DNA of 64,000 nucleotides. Source: a bacterium. GTDB taxonomy: Bacteria > UBA8248. Of the stretch, positions 1 through 9,233 are shown piece after piece; the stretch's first letter is position 1, and each line of letters opens with the position of its first letter. The notes beneath the pieces are model-generated. The model was not told the origin of the DNA. It saw only the letters and a list, made by a program, of their open reading frames with translations, and did no database searches. The stretch covers positions 1,536,001 to 1,600,000 of the forward strand of contig OZ253442.1 of NCBI GenBank assembly GCA_965261085.1, written 5' to 3'. The translations under genes were made by a program, and so were the position numbers.

Positions 1-252
1 TACGAGCAGGGAGCGGGTAGCGAGGCCGGCGGAGGTGTCGGGTATCTCGAAGAGGGATTCGACGACGGCCTCTTTGGCGCCCGTGCGGACGAGGTCGCCC
101 CGCGCCCGCGCGCCTAGGGTGAGGTTCAGGGCGTCGAAGATGATGGATTTTCCCGCGCCCGTCTCACCCGTCAGGACGTTCAGGCCCGGGCCGAAGGCGA
201 TTTCCAGGTCGTCGATGATGGCGAAATTCGTGATCTTGAGTAGGCGGAGCAT
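1..252 (-). CDS. recN: DNA repair protein RecN, N-terminal part (runs off the window edge)
   Basis: Not in the ORF track. Manual translation from ATG (cat 250-252) gives MLRLLKITNFAIIDDLEIAFGPGLNVLTGETGAGKSIIFDAL, the SMC-like Walker A of RecN; lies downstream of nadK in the usual order. Confidence 0.93.
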   Translation of the reverse strand, partial: MLRLLKITNFAIIDDLEIAFGPGLNVLTGETGAGKSIIFDALNLTLGARARGDLVRTGAKEAVVESLFEIPDTSAGLATRSLLV

Positions 253-258
253 GGGGTT

Positions 259-1164
259 TTACGTTTTCCGCCCGCCGCGCGGGTGGGTCTCCCACAGGAG
301 TTTCTCCCGCAGGGTCTCGAAGAAATCCGCCCCCCTGGGGCGTATGATCCGCACGGGGGTCCGGCTTTTCCTGATTTTCACCGAATCGCCGGCCTCGAGT
401 TCACACCCGGGAAAGCCGTCGAGCGTGAGGAGAACCTCGCGTCCCTCAGCTTCGGTGTCCGGGAAGATGGTGATTTCCAGTTCCGTCTCCGCAGGTACGA
501 CGATGGGCCGGTTGCTGAGCGTGTGCGGGCATATCGGGTTGATGAGCATCACGTTCAGATCAGGCAGCACGAGAGGCCCGCCCGCTGAGAGGGAATAGGC
601 CGTGGAGCCTGTGGGGGTGGCGATGATGAGGCCGTCGGCGCGGAAATAGCCGAGGTGGCGGCCTTCCATCTGAATCTCGTATTCGACCATGCGGGCCAGG
701 GGTCCAGTGGTGAGCACGATGTCGTTCAGCGAATCGGAGAGCACCGGCGGCGCGCCCCCGTTTTTTTGCACCGAAGCGCCGAGCCGCATACGCGATTCGG
801 TGGAAAACTCCTTGTTGATCAGTATCCTCTCCAGCGCCGGGTAGAGTTCGGCCTGCGGGATGTCGGCCAGAAAACCCAGATGGCCCGTGTTGATGCCCAA
901 CAGGAGGGGAGATTCCTCCCCGATGTTGTGCGCGGTGCGCAGCATGGAGCCGTCGCCGCCGAAGACGATTACCAGATCGGCGCGCTTGACGACCTCCTCG
1001 CGGGGCAGTCCCGTTTTCTCTCCCGCCATCTCGGCCGTGTCCAGATCGAGATGAACCTCGAAGCCCCTCTCCCTGAGCCAGGCGGTGAGACTGGCGAAAT
1101 CGAGCGGGCTTTTTTGCGCTCCCGCCCATGCGGTAAGTGCGATGCTTTGAATGTTCGTCGCCAC
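259..1164 (-). CDS. nadK: NAD kinase
   Basis: GGDGS motif, LNDIV, GLIIATPTGSTAYSLSAGG and PICPHTL. Confidence 0.96.
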   Translation of the reverse strand: MATNIQSIALTAWAGAQKSPLDFASLTAWLRERGFEVHLDLDTAEMAGEKTGLPREEVVKRADLVIVFGGDGSMLRTAHNIGEESPLLLGINTGHLGFLADIPQAELYPALERILINKEFSTESRMRLGASVQKNGGAPPVLSDSLNDIVLTTGPLARMVEYEIQMEGRHLGYFRADGLIIATPTGSTAYSLSAGGPLVLPDLNVMLINPICPHTLSNRPIVVPAETELEITIFPDTEAEGREVLLTLDGFPGCELEAGDSVKIRKSRTPVRIIRPRGADFFETLREKLLWETHPRGGRKT

Positions 1165-1237
1165 GTGATGAATCTCCCGAATCTATCTGGGTGGCAAGGT
1201 ATCCCAGGGTATGTACAGCGGCAACCACCCCCGCCGT

Positions 1238-2155
1238 TCATGCGCGCGCCCGCTTCGCGGCGTCTTTTCTTTTTTGGGGAAGACGCCGCCAGTAGCGGCA
1301 GGCGTCCTGAAGAGGACAGCCCGCGCAGAGCGCCAAGTTTCGCTTGCTCGGACAATGCTTGAGAATACCCATCCGCGAGATGGCGAAATCGTAGCGCACC
1401 GGGTCGTCCGGGTCGATGCGTTTCAGGTTTGCGGTGATCTCGAGCGCCATCTTGAGGTCCGGCGTCTTCCTGTCGGTGAGTCCCAAAAGACGCCCGATGC
1501 GCGCGATGTGGGTGTCGAGCGGTATGATGAGCTGATGCGTTTTGGGCCCTTTCCAAAGCCCCAGGTCCAGGCCGTCGGCGGGCCGCACCATCCACCGGAG
1601 AAACAGGTGAAACCGCTTGCACGCGCTGCCGCTGCCCGGGTCCGGCAGCAGGTAGTGGATGCCGCGCTCGACCTTTGGGTTCGCGGGCGACGCCGGGAGG
1701 GAGCGGAGCAGGCGGTCCCTGAATTGCTTGAGCGCCCCTTGGAGCGTCTCCTCCTCAGCGCGGTAGCCTTTGAGAAACAAGGCTTCCAGCGAGCCCTCGC
1801 TCCTGAGCGCGGTGCCGATCGCCTGGGCGAGGAGCCCGATGGCCTCGGGCCCCACCCATCGGTGGTAGAGGCCCTCGAAGAGGCGGGCGTTCTTCTCGGG
1901 GCCATAGCGCCGCAGCGCGCCGGCAGGCTCGGGGCCGAGCCGATCCATGATGCGCTTGACGCTTTCGCGTATGGCGGCGGCGTTGCCGAAGGCCAGCGAT
2001 GCGCTCAGAAAAGCCGCGACCTCGCGATTCCGCTCGCCCTGATAGGCGTGCGCGATCTCGAGCGGGTCGGTGGCGAGATAGGCGTCGTGATAGGTGCGGG
2101 CGAGCGCGTCGAGCTTGTCCTTGAGGAGCGGCACGTCTTTGGCCTTGAGAGCCAC
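1238..2155 (-). CDS. TIGR02757/DUF2400-family protein with C-terminal Cys cluster
   Basis: SACKRFHLFLRWMVR, DLGLW, PLDTHI and DPVRYDFA; C-terminal C-x8-C-x2-C-x5-C. Confidence 0.85.
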   Translation of the reverse strand: MALKAKDVPLLKDKLDALARTYHDAYLATDPLEIAHAYQGERNREVAAFLSASLAFGNAAAIRESVKRIMDRLGPEPAGALRRYGPEKNARLFEGLYHRWVGPEAIGLLAQAIGTALRSEGSLEALFLKGYRAEEETLQGALKQFRDRLLRSLPASPANPKVERGIHYLLPDPGSGSACKRFHLFLRWMVRPADGLDLGLWKGPKTHQLIIPLDTHIARIGRLLGLTDRKTPDLKMALEITANLKRIDPDDPVRYDFAISRMGILKHCPSKRNLALCAGCPLQDACRYWRRLPQKRKDAAKRARA

Positions 2156-2604
2156 TAAAACGCGCCCCTCGTATCGAGCAGCAAGGTGACGGGGCCGTCG
2201 TTCACGAGCGCCACTTCCATCATCGCGCCGAAGCGGCCCGCCGCGACGCGAACACCCAGTTTTTCAACCTGCGCGATGAATCGCTCATACAGAGGCTCCG
2301 CCTGCTCGGGCGGGGCCGCGGCGATGAAGGCGGGACGCCTCCCCTTTCGGCAATCGCCGTGCAAGGTGAACTGGCTGACGACGAGCATCGCTCCGCCTGA
2401 ATCGAGAAGCGAGAGGTTCATTTTCTGCGCCTCATCCGGAAATATCCTTAAACCGGCGGTTTTCCAGGCGAGGAAATCGACGTCTTTTTCGCCGTCCTCG
2501 CGTCCGACTCCCAGAAAAACGAGGAGTCCGCCCCGAATTTCTCCGACCACCTGAGAATCCACCCGGACGCAGGCCTTGCTCACGCGCTGAACAACGGCTC
2601 TCAT
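2155..2604 (-). CDS. dtd: D-aminoacyl-tRNA deacylase
   Basis: MRAVVQRV start, SQFTL and NDGPVT motifs. Confidence 0.97.
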   Translation of the reverse strand: MRAVVQRVSKACVRVDSQVVGEIRGGLLVFLGVGREDGEKDVDFLAWKTAGLRIFPDEAQKMNLSLLDSGGAMLVVSQFTLHGDCRKGRRPAFIAAAPPEQAEPLYERFIAQVEKLGVRVAAGRFGAMMEVALVNDGPVTLLLDTRGAF

Positions 2605-2887
2605 GTTCGCTCATCCCGTGGTGTCATATCATTTTCTCCAAGTCGCCCACCATTCCCCTAACTGCTTTTCATCGGCGATGGCGTCCAGAATATATGGCGA
2701 TGGCGTTGAAATTCAACGTCCTCGAACCTCATCTCGCCCGGGCGGCGTTTTCAAGTCTTCTGCGTGACTTGCCTTGGTTGAAATGCGGGAAGCAATGTGC
2801 GAGAAATCAGTTGCGAAATTTTTCGCGCCAACTACTCACGTAAATGTGAATACGGCTTCATATCCTTAGCCACAATGGGGGCGGCCA

Positions 2888-3490
2888 TTGTCCAGTGCGG
2901 AGAAATTATTCAAGAAAAAGGTGTTTACGACGTTCGAATTAGCGGAAATCTGCGACGTCACGCCGGTTACGATTCAAAACTGGATAGACAAGGACTGGCT
3001 GCACGCATACCGAACGCCTGGAGGCCATAGAAGGGTGAGAAAAGAAGCGCTTCTCTCCTTTCTCGAATCACGCAACATGCCCCATCCTTTTCCGAAGAGG
3101 GGGGAAGTTCCCCGGGTCCTCATCGTGAACGGCGAGCAGGGCCTCGCCGATTCTCTCAAAGAAGCGCTCTTGTTCGATGAGTCAGGCTATGAAATTCAGG
3201 TGGCGCGCGACGGGTTCCGGGCCGGCGTCCTGTATTCCAACTCTCATCCGGATGTGGTGATACTCGACCTGAATCATTCAAGTGTGGATGGTTACGAGGT
3301 GTGTCGTCAAATCAAGCAGAGCGAAGCCGGCGGCGAAACGGTCGTCCTGGCGATCGACGGCGGCGATGGGGAAGGGCGCAAGCGCATTCTCGACATGGGC
3401 GCGGCGCATTGCCTACCCAAACCGGTGGATGCGGTGGGTCTTAGAAATCTGGTGAAAGAGGCCGTCCTGAATCGCTGGAGGTCCGCTTAG
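2888..3490 (+). CDS. Response regulator: N-terminal excisionase/MerR-like HTH plus receiver domain
   Basis: FTTFELAEICDVTPVTIQNW...RTPGGHRRV HTH; receiver with VILDL and KP motifs. Confidence 0.85.
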   Translation: MSSAEKLFKKKVFTTFELAEICDVTPVTIQNWIDKDWLHAYRTPGGHRRVRKEALLSFLESRNMPHPFPKRGEVPRVLIVNGEQGLADSLKEALLFDESGYEIQVARDGFRAGVLYSNSHPDVVILDLNHSSVDGYEVCRQIKQSEAGGETVVLAIDGGDGEGRKRILDMGAAHCLPKPVDAVGLRNLVKEAVLNRWRSA

Positions 3491-3595
3491 GCGCGCTCGG
3501 CGCCCCGGAGCCGCCGCAGGCGAATCGGCGCGGCCCCTTGGTTTTCATGGCGGTGGGTTGTGGGATCGCCCGTGCCGGGCTGAAATATGTGTCGC

Positions 3596-4483
3596 CTACT
3601 TCTCCTCGGGCGCGTCCCCATCGGCGCCCCGGTTTCTCAGGAAACGTTCCAGTTCCCTGGCCAAATCATCTCCTGAGGGCAGCTCGCCCGGCTGGTGCTC
3701 TTCATCGAAACCATCGTCTCTGAGCTTTAGCTGCTCCACGTAGTCTCTCACCGACTTGTTTTTCTCCAGTGCTTCATCGACCTTCTCCTCGAATTCATAC
3801 GCACCCGCCTCTAGTTCCGAGAGGTTGAGGGGGTAGGAGAGAAACTCGCTGAGCCGCTCCACGAGGGCGAGCGCCGCCTTCGGGTTGGGCGTCACGTTCA
3901 CGTAGTGGGGCACGTTCGCCCAGACGCTGACGGCGGGCAGGTTTTCTTCGCGGAACAGATTGTTCAGCACGCCGACGATTCCGGTGGGCCCCTCATAGCG
4001 CGAGGGCCTGAGGCCCAGTTGCGAGGCCAGATCGGGGTTCGTGGAAGTGCCGGTTATCCGGACCCTGTTTTTGTGGTAGACGTCGGCGAGCAGGGCGCCC
4101 ACCGTCACGGCCATCCGCACCCGGCATTCACGCACCATGGACAAGATGATTTTTGAATAGCGGCCCCATTGCAGATGAGGTTCCACGCCCAGGAACACCA
4201 CCACGTCATGTTCGAGATTCGGCGTCTCGCATGCGTAGAACGTGTTCGAGGGCCAGGTGATCTTCCGGCGGCTCTCTCCATCGAGGCTGACGTGGGGCCG
4301 CATGTCCTGAAAATTGTAGAACGGGTCGGAGTCGATTTGCGCGAATTCCGAACCCCCCATTTTCTCGGTGATGAAGCTCGCGGCGGTCGTGGCGGCGCTA
4401 CTCGCGTCGTTCCAGCCTGCAAAAGCCATGAGGAGAGCGGGGTCTCTGAGCTTCGGCGTTTCCTGGATGTCGAGATGTTCCAT
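3596..4483 (-). CDS. PAC2 (proteasome assembly chaperone) family protein
   Basis: AFAGWNDA, GVEPHLQW, YEGPTGIVGV, WANVPHY and ELERFLR. Start reassigned to MEHLDIQ (ATG at 4481-4483). Confidence 0.88.
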   Translation of the reverse strand: MEHLDIQETPKLRDPALLMAFAGWNDASSAATTAASFITEKMGGSEFAQIDSDPFYNFQDMRPHVSLDGESRRKITWPSNTFYACETPNLEHDVVVFLGVEPHLQWGRYSKIILSMVRECRVRMAVTVGALLADVYHKNRVRITGTSTNPDLASQLGLRPSRYEGPTGIVGVLNNLFREENLPAVSVWANVPHYVNVTPNPKAALALVERLSEFLSYPLNLSELEAGAYEFEEKVDEALEKNKSVRDYVEQLKLRDDGFDEEHQPGELPSGDDLARELERFLRNRGADGDAPEEK

Positions 4484-4741
4484 TTGTTTGTCCCCCCTGT
4501 GCCGCTTTATGACTTCAAAATAAAAAAGCAAGATACCCATTGTATGAGGTCTCGGAAGGGGATTCAATCCTTTATTTCGAGGTTTCTCGTGCGGCGTTTG
4601 ATGACGGCGCGCCCGTGGGATATAAATTTCCAGCCCGTGAGTCTTCGTCGCTTTACGGCAGGGTGGAGGCGATTCCCCGCCTTGGGGGAGTGGGCGTGGG
4701 CAGGAGCGGGCTAAATGCGGAGTAGACGTGAGGGTTGAGCC

Positions 4742-5524
4742 ATGAACGCGCCCGAATCGGCGGGTATGAAGGAAAAGGTGGTTTTGGTGACGGGCGCCTC
4801 GCGCGGCATCGGCGCCGCCATTGCGAGGCGCTTCGCGCGCGAGGGCGCGCACCTGGTCTTGAATCACAGGAACGAGAGAGGCCGGTCCTCCCAGATGGCG
4901 GCTGAGCTTTGCCGCGAGGTCGAAGCCGCCGGGGGACGGGCTGTCGCCGCTCCTGCGGATATTTCAAAGAAAAATTCCGTCAAGACTATGTTCACGCAGG
5001 TGGAGGAGGAGTTCGGGCGGCTCGACGTGCTTGTCTTAAACGCGGCGCGCGCGCCGTTCAAGCCGTGGGAAAAACTCCTCGAGCGCGATCTCAAACTGCT
5101 GGTGGAGACGAATTTTCTGGGCAACGTCTTCTGCCTGCAGGGGGCGCTTCCGCTGCTTTCGCGCCAGGGCGGAGCCATCGTGTTCATTTCGAGTCTGGGG
5201 AGCCGTTTTTATAGTCCCGAATACCCGCTGGGGCCCATGAAGGCGGCCATGGAGGCCGCGGTCAGGCATTGGGCTGAGAGTTTCGAGGAGAGAGGCGTGT
5301 CGGTCAACGCCGTCTGCGCAGGGTTGGTGAAGACCGATTCGTTCAAGACGCTGCGCATGATTCAGCCGGAGTTGGACGCATTGGACGAACGATATTTCGT
5401 GACGCCGGAGGAAGTGGCCGAATCGGTCTATTTTCTAGCCGGAGCGGGCGCGGCTTCCATACGGGGGCAGACCCTCGTGGTCGACAGGGGACTCAGCAAC
5501 CGCCTGAACCGCCCTCCGGGGTGA
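4742..5524 (+). CDS. SDR, FabL-like enoyl-ACP reductase
   Basis: TGASRGIG, NAA, ISSLGS and a Y-PLGPM-K spacing (not the FabG YxxxK); first gene of the FAS-II-like cluster. Confidence 0.75.
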   Translation: MNAPESAGMKEKVVLVTGASRGIGAAIARRFAREGAHLVLNHRNERGRSSQMAAELCREVEAAGGRAVAAPADISKKNSVKTMFTQVEEEFGRLDVLVLNAARAPFKPWEKLLERDLKLLVETNFLGNVFCLQGALPLLSRQGGAIVFISSLGSRFYSPEYPLGPMKAAMEAAVRHWAESFEERGVSVNAVCAGLVKTDSFKTLRMIQPELDALDERYFVTPEEVAESVYFLAGAGAASIRGQTLVVDRGLSNRLNRPPG

Positions 5525-5659
5525 TGGAACGGGGGAGATTCTTCGGGAGCGGTTGATTTTCGCTCCCCTCCTTGGTTGTATACGCTTGAATGCGTGGGGA
5601 ATTTCGCGCGTGGCCTGAGGGAGGATGGACAGCGCGCTTGATCGTTACAGAGGAAAGCC

Positions 5660-6223
5660 ATGTCGCAAAACCTGGTATCAGACGATACGATTTTAGAAGA
5701 AGTGAAAAAGGCAATCGCCCACACCACGGGAATCGATGAGGAAACCATCGAGCCGGACAGTTCCCTGGTGGATGACCTGGGCGTTTTGTCTCTCGATTTT
5801 CTGGACGTGAACTTCCGCCTCGAGCAGGTGTTCGGCATCAAGATGGCGCGCAATTTCGTTTTGGAGCACGTGGAGGAAATGTTCGGCGAGGGCGTGGCCA
5901 TCAACGAGGAGAGCGAGGTGACGGAAAAGGGTGTCGAGGTCTTGAAGCTGCGCCAAAGCGAAGCGGCTGTGGATCTGGAGCCCGGAACCCCCGTGGATGA
6001 GCTTCCGGCCCTCGTAACGCCGAAAACGCTGGCGGGCGCGGTGCGCGACGTGCTGAACTGCCTGCCCGAGAAGAGCCCGGCGGGGGCGGAGTGGACGACC
6101 GAAGATGGAACGCGCATCGTATGCGCGAAGACGAACGAGCCTGCCTCTTTGCCCAGCGGGGATGAAGTGGTTCAGAACTGGTTGAACCGGGTGGAAGAGG
6201 AAAGAGGCCTCTTCTCCTCCTGA
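5660..6223 (+). CDS. Extended acyl carrier protein (AcpXL-like core, 187 aa)
   Basis: DDLGVLSLDFLDVNFRLEQVFGIK phosphopantetheine helix; about 100 residues longer than a standard ACP. Confidence 0.85.
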   Translation: MSQNLVSDDTILEEVKKAIAHTTGIDEETIEPDSSLVDDLGVLSLDFLDVNFRLEQVFGIKMARNFVLEHVEEMFGEGVAINEESEVTEKGVEVLKLRQSEAAVDLEPGTPVDELPALVTPKTLAGAVRDVLNCLPEKSPAGAEWTTEDGTRIVCAKTNEPASLPSGDEVVQNWLNRVEEERGLFSS

Positions 6224-6267
6224 GGCCGCTGGCTTCATCCAAGTCATTTTACCGGGAGAACGCCTGA

Positions 6268-7578
6268 ATGGCCGGTAGCGACAGACGGGTCGTGATCACC
6301 GGATACGGGGCGATGACGCCTCTGGGCGGGGACGTCGCCTCCACGTTCGACGCCGCGCGCGAGGGACGCTCCGGAATCGACGTGGTCCGGCGCTTCGATC
6401 CCGAAAAACTCCCCTGCCGAATCGCCGGTGAGATAGAAGACGAGTGGCTCGCCTCCCAGGAGAACGGCGGCGGACGCAGGCTCGACAAATTCTCCACCCG
6501 GGGCGTGCGCATGATGCGCGTGGCCGTATCCCAAGCGGCCCGGGCGGCGCGCTTGGGTGAGGTTCCGGAGAGAAAGCGAGTCGGCGTCGCGCTCGGTTCC
6601 CACGGCGATCACCCCCAGGTCGAAGAATTGCTCCGCATCTTTCCCTACTGGAGGCCCGCGGATGGCGACCCCCTGCGGGGCGGGTGGGACATCAAGGAAC
6701 TCAAAAGCCGCGGCGTCTATGATCTGATGACGTTTTTCAGAAGAAAATCCGACGTGGCGACCTCGGTCGTCGCTCTCGATTTCGACTGCCGGGGTCCCAC
6801 GGTTTCCATCTGCTCGGCCTGCGCGGCGGGAGCGCAGGCGATCGGCGAGTCGGTGCGTCTCATCCGCGACGCGAAGGCCGACGTCATGGTGGCGGGCGGC
6901 TGCGAGTCGGCCATCACCTACGTGGGGTTTCTCGGGTTCGTCCTGCTCACCGCGCTCGTGGAGAGATACGAAACCCCCCAAAGCGCGTCTCGTCCCTTCG
7001 ACAGGAGGCGAAACGGCTTCGTGATGTCCGAAGGCGCGGGCGCGTTGATACTCGAGAGCTACGAGCACGCGCGCGCGCGCGGCGCCGAGATTCTGGGCGA
7101 AGTGCTCGGCTACGGCGATTCCTCGGATGCCTTTCGCATCACCGACATGCACCCGAGGGGGCTGGGCGCGGTGTTCGCCATGAAAAAGGCGCTCGAAGAC
7201 GCGGGCGTCGCCCCCGGTGGCGTCGAATACATCAACGCGCACGGCACCTCGACGCCCAAGAACGATTCCACGGAGACCAGGGCCATCAAGGAGGTGTTCG
7301 GCGCCCATGCGGAGAGGATACCCATCAGCTCCAATAAATCCATGATCGGCCACACCATCGGCGCGGCCGGCGCCATCGAGGCGATTCTGGCCGTCGAGGG
7401 GATGCGCCGCTCGGAAATCCTGCCGACCATCAACTACCAGAATCGCGACCCCAAGTGCGACCTCGACTACGTGCCCAACGAGACGAGGGCGCAGGCCCAT
7501 CGCGTGGCTCTCTCCAACAGTTTCGGTTTCGGTGGGCAGAACGCCTGCCTTTGTCTGGGCGGCCCCGAGATCGCGTGA
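6268..7578 (+). CDS. Beta-ketoacyl-ACP synthase (FabF-like) 1, intact Cys-His-His
   Basis: SACAAG, INAHGTST, GHTIGAAG and NSFGFGG. Confidence 0.93.
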   Translation: MAGSDRRVVITGYGAMTPLGGDVASTFDAAREGRSGIDVVRRFDPEKLPCRIAGEIEDEWLASQENGGGRRLDKFSTRGVRMMRVAVSQAARAARLGEVPERKRVGVALGSHGDHPQVEELLRIFPYWRPADGDPLRGGWDIKELKSRGVYDLMTFFRRKSDVATSVVALDFDCRGPTVSICSACAAGAQAIGESVRLIRDAKADVMVAGGCESAITYVGFLGFVLLTALVERYETPQSASRPFDRRRNGFVMSEGAGALILESYEHARARGAEILGEVLGYGDSSDAFRITDMHPRGLGAVFAMKKALEDAGVAPGGVEYINAHGTSTPKNDSTETRAIKEVFGAHAERIPISSNKSMIGHTIGAAGAIEAILAVEGMRRSEILPTINYQNRDPKCDLDYVPNETRAQAHRVALSNSFGFGGQNACLCLGGPEIA

Positions 7579-8765
7579 AGTTCTCGCCCCTCCCCATCAC
7601 CGGGGTCGGCCTGGTAACGGCGGCGGGATGTGGCGTCGAACCCGCCTGGGAGGCGCTTTGCGCGGGCCGCTTCCTTCTCGCCTTAGACGCAGACCCCGAA
7701 CTCGCCGGTTTTCCTCCCATCGAAACGGCGCGGTGCGCGCGGATCGACCCCGAATCCATCGGCGCGGACCGCCGTGCGGCGAGAATCATGGGCCATCACA
7801 CCCACATGCTCCTGGCGGCGGTTCACGATGCGCTGGCGGGCGCTCCCGCCGCCCTGGAGATGGCCGGGGAGGAGGTCGCCTTTTTCGCAGGCATGGACTC
7901 GGTCGATCCGGGGAGCGATGAGCTGCTCGGCGCGGTGAGGGAATCGGGGGGCCGGGCGGACCTCGGGCATTTCTTCCGCGAGGGGATGGACGGCATCCCT
8001 CCCTTATGGCCGCTCGGCTTGCTGAACGCGATAGGCTTCAGCCAGGTGGCGATTCAGCATGGCTGGCGCGGCGAGAACGCCGTTTTCAGCGCGGGTGCGG
8101 AGGCGACGGCGCGAGCCGTCTGCGAGGCGGCGGACTCCGTGGGGACGGGCAAGGCGAGGCTCGCTCTTGCCGCCGGCGTGAGTGGGGTGATTTCCCCCCG
8201 GATGCTGGCCCGCGCGGCGCGGCGGGGCGTCTGGCCCCAAGCCGGGGGGCTGGGCGAGGGTGCGGGGGTGATTCGTTTCGAGAAGCCTGAGGATGCCGAT
8301 CCGTCCAAAATACTTGGTTGGCTCAAGGGTTATTGTTCCGTTCGCGCGCTTAAAAAACGAGGCGGCCTCGCCCGGGCGATTCAAAAATCGGCCCAAGGCG
8401 CGCTCGCAAGTGCTGGTCTCGCGCCCGGGGAGGTGGACCTCCTCGTGCTTCATGGGGAGGGGGAGTCCCGGGCGGATGACGCGGAGGCGGAAACAATTTC
8501 CGCCATTTTCGGGTGCCACAAACCTTGGGGGCTTGCGACGAAGGGCATATTCGGCCACCTTTGGGGGGGGAGTCCGGCGCTGGACTTGATCATGGCGCTG
8601 AGAGCGTTGGCGGAAGGCGGGGCGCTCCCGGCTCCCGGAATGATGGAGAATTTGTTTCGCGGCGCGGCGCATGTGCCCGGTCGGGACGAACTGCAAAACG
8701 CGCTCGTGCTTCTGCAGGGCTTCGACGGCGTATGCGCAGGCTTCGTCGTGGGGAAAAACGCTTGA
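7575..8765 (+). CDS. Ketosynthase-fold protein lacking catalytic Cys (chain-length-factor-like)
   Basis: GTGA overlap with KS1. GENAVFSAGAEA aligns to GPTVSICSACAA with Ala at the Cys position; HG and GH motifs remain. Confidence 0.8.
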   Translation: MKFSPLPITGVGLVTAAGCGVEPAWEALCAGRFLLALDADPELAGFPPIETARCARIDPESIGADRRAARIMGHHTHMLLAAVHDALAGAPAALEMAGEEVAFFAGMDSVDPGSDELLGAVRESGGRADLGHFFREGMDGIPPLWPLGLLNAIGFSQVAIQHGWRGENAVFSAGAEATARAVCEAADSVGTGKARLALAAGVSGVISPRMLARAARRGVWPQAGGLGEGAGVIRFEKPEDADPSKILGWLKGYCSVRALKKRGGLARAIQKSAQGALASAGLAPGEVDLLVLHGEGESRADDAEAETISAIFGCHKPWGLATKGIFGHLWGGSPALDLIMALRALAEGGALPAPGMMENLFRGAAHVPGRDELQNALVLLQGFDGVCAGFVVGKNA

Positions 8766-8780
8766 CGGGAGAACGGGAAA

Positions 8781-9233
8781 TTGCGGTTTCTCTTTTTCGA
8801 TCAGATCAAGGAAGTGGTGCGCGGCGAGCGCATCGTGGGCGTCAAGACGTTTCCACTCTCGGAAGCGTATCTGAACGCCCATTTCAGTCGCGCTCCCCGG
8901 GTGCCCGGCTCTATCCTGATAGAGGCGATGGCGCAGATTACGGGGTGGCTCGTGGTCTACACGCATGATTTCAAGACCTCGTGCGTCATCTCGCTCATCG
9001 ACGACGTGGAGGTGGCGAGCGACCTGCGCCCGGGGGTGTCTTTGGAGATTCATGGCGAGATAATCGATACGAACGAACGGGCGAGCCTGTGCCGCGCGAG
9101 GATCGAAAAAGACGGCGTCCCCGTGGCCAAAGCGGAGCGGTTCGTCTATCCCCATTTTCCCAACGATGACCCCGACGGCCTAAAAGAGCGCTTCAGGAGC
9201 TATGGCTGGCTGGAGTTCGAGGCGAGCCCATGA
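8781..9233 (+). CDS. FabZ-like 3-hydroxyacyl-ACP dehydratase 1
   Basis: HFSRAPRVPGSILIEAMAQ hot-dog His/Glu motif. Confidence 0.88.
   Translation: MRFLFFDQIKEVVRGERIVGVKTFPLSEAYLNAHFSRAPRVPGSILIEAMAQITGWLVVYTHDFKTSCVISLIDDVEVASDLRPGVSLEIHGEIIDTNERASLCRARIEKDGVPVAKAERFVYPHFPNDDPDGLKERFRSYGWLEFEASP

Noticed and set aside
2888-3070. Excisionase-like HTH as a prophage marker
   Set aside because: It is fused to a receiver domain, a common regulator architecture, and no phage genes are nearby.
4484-4867. N-terminal extensions in the ORF track (PAC2 to 4867, MaoC to 22263, crotonase to 55396, KS from 7455, hrcA to 33096)
   Set aside because: They overlap divergent genes or operators; internal starts have SDs or match the family N-termini.
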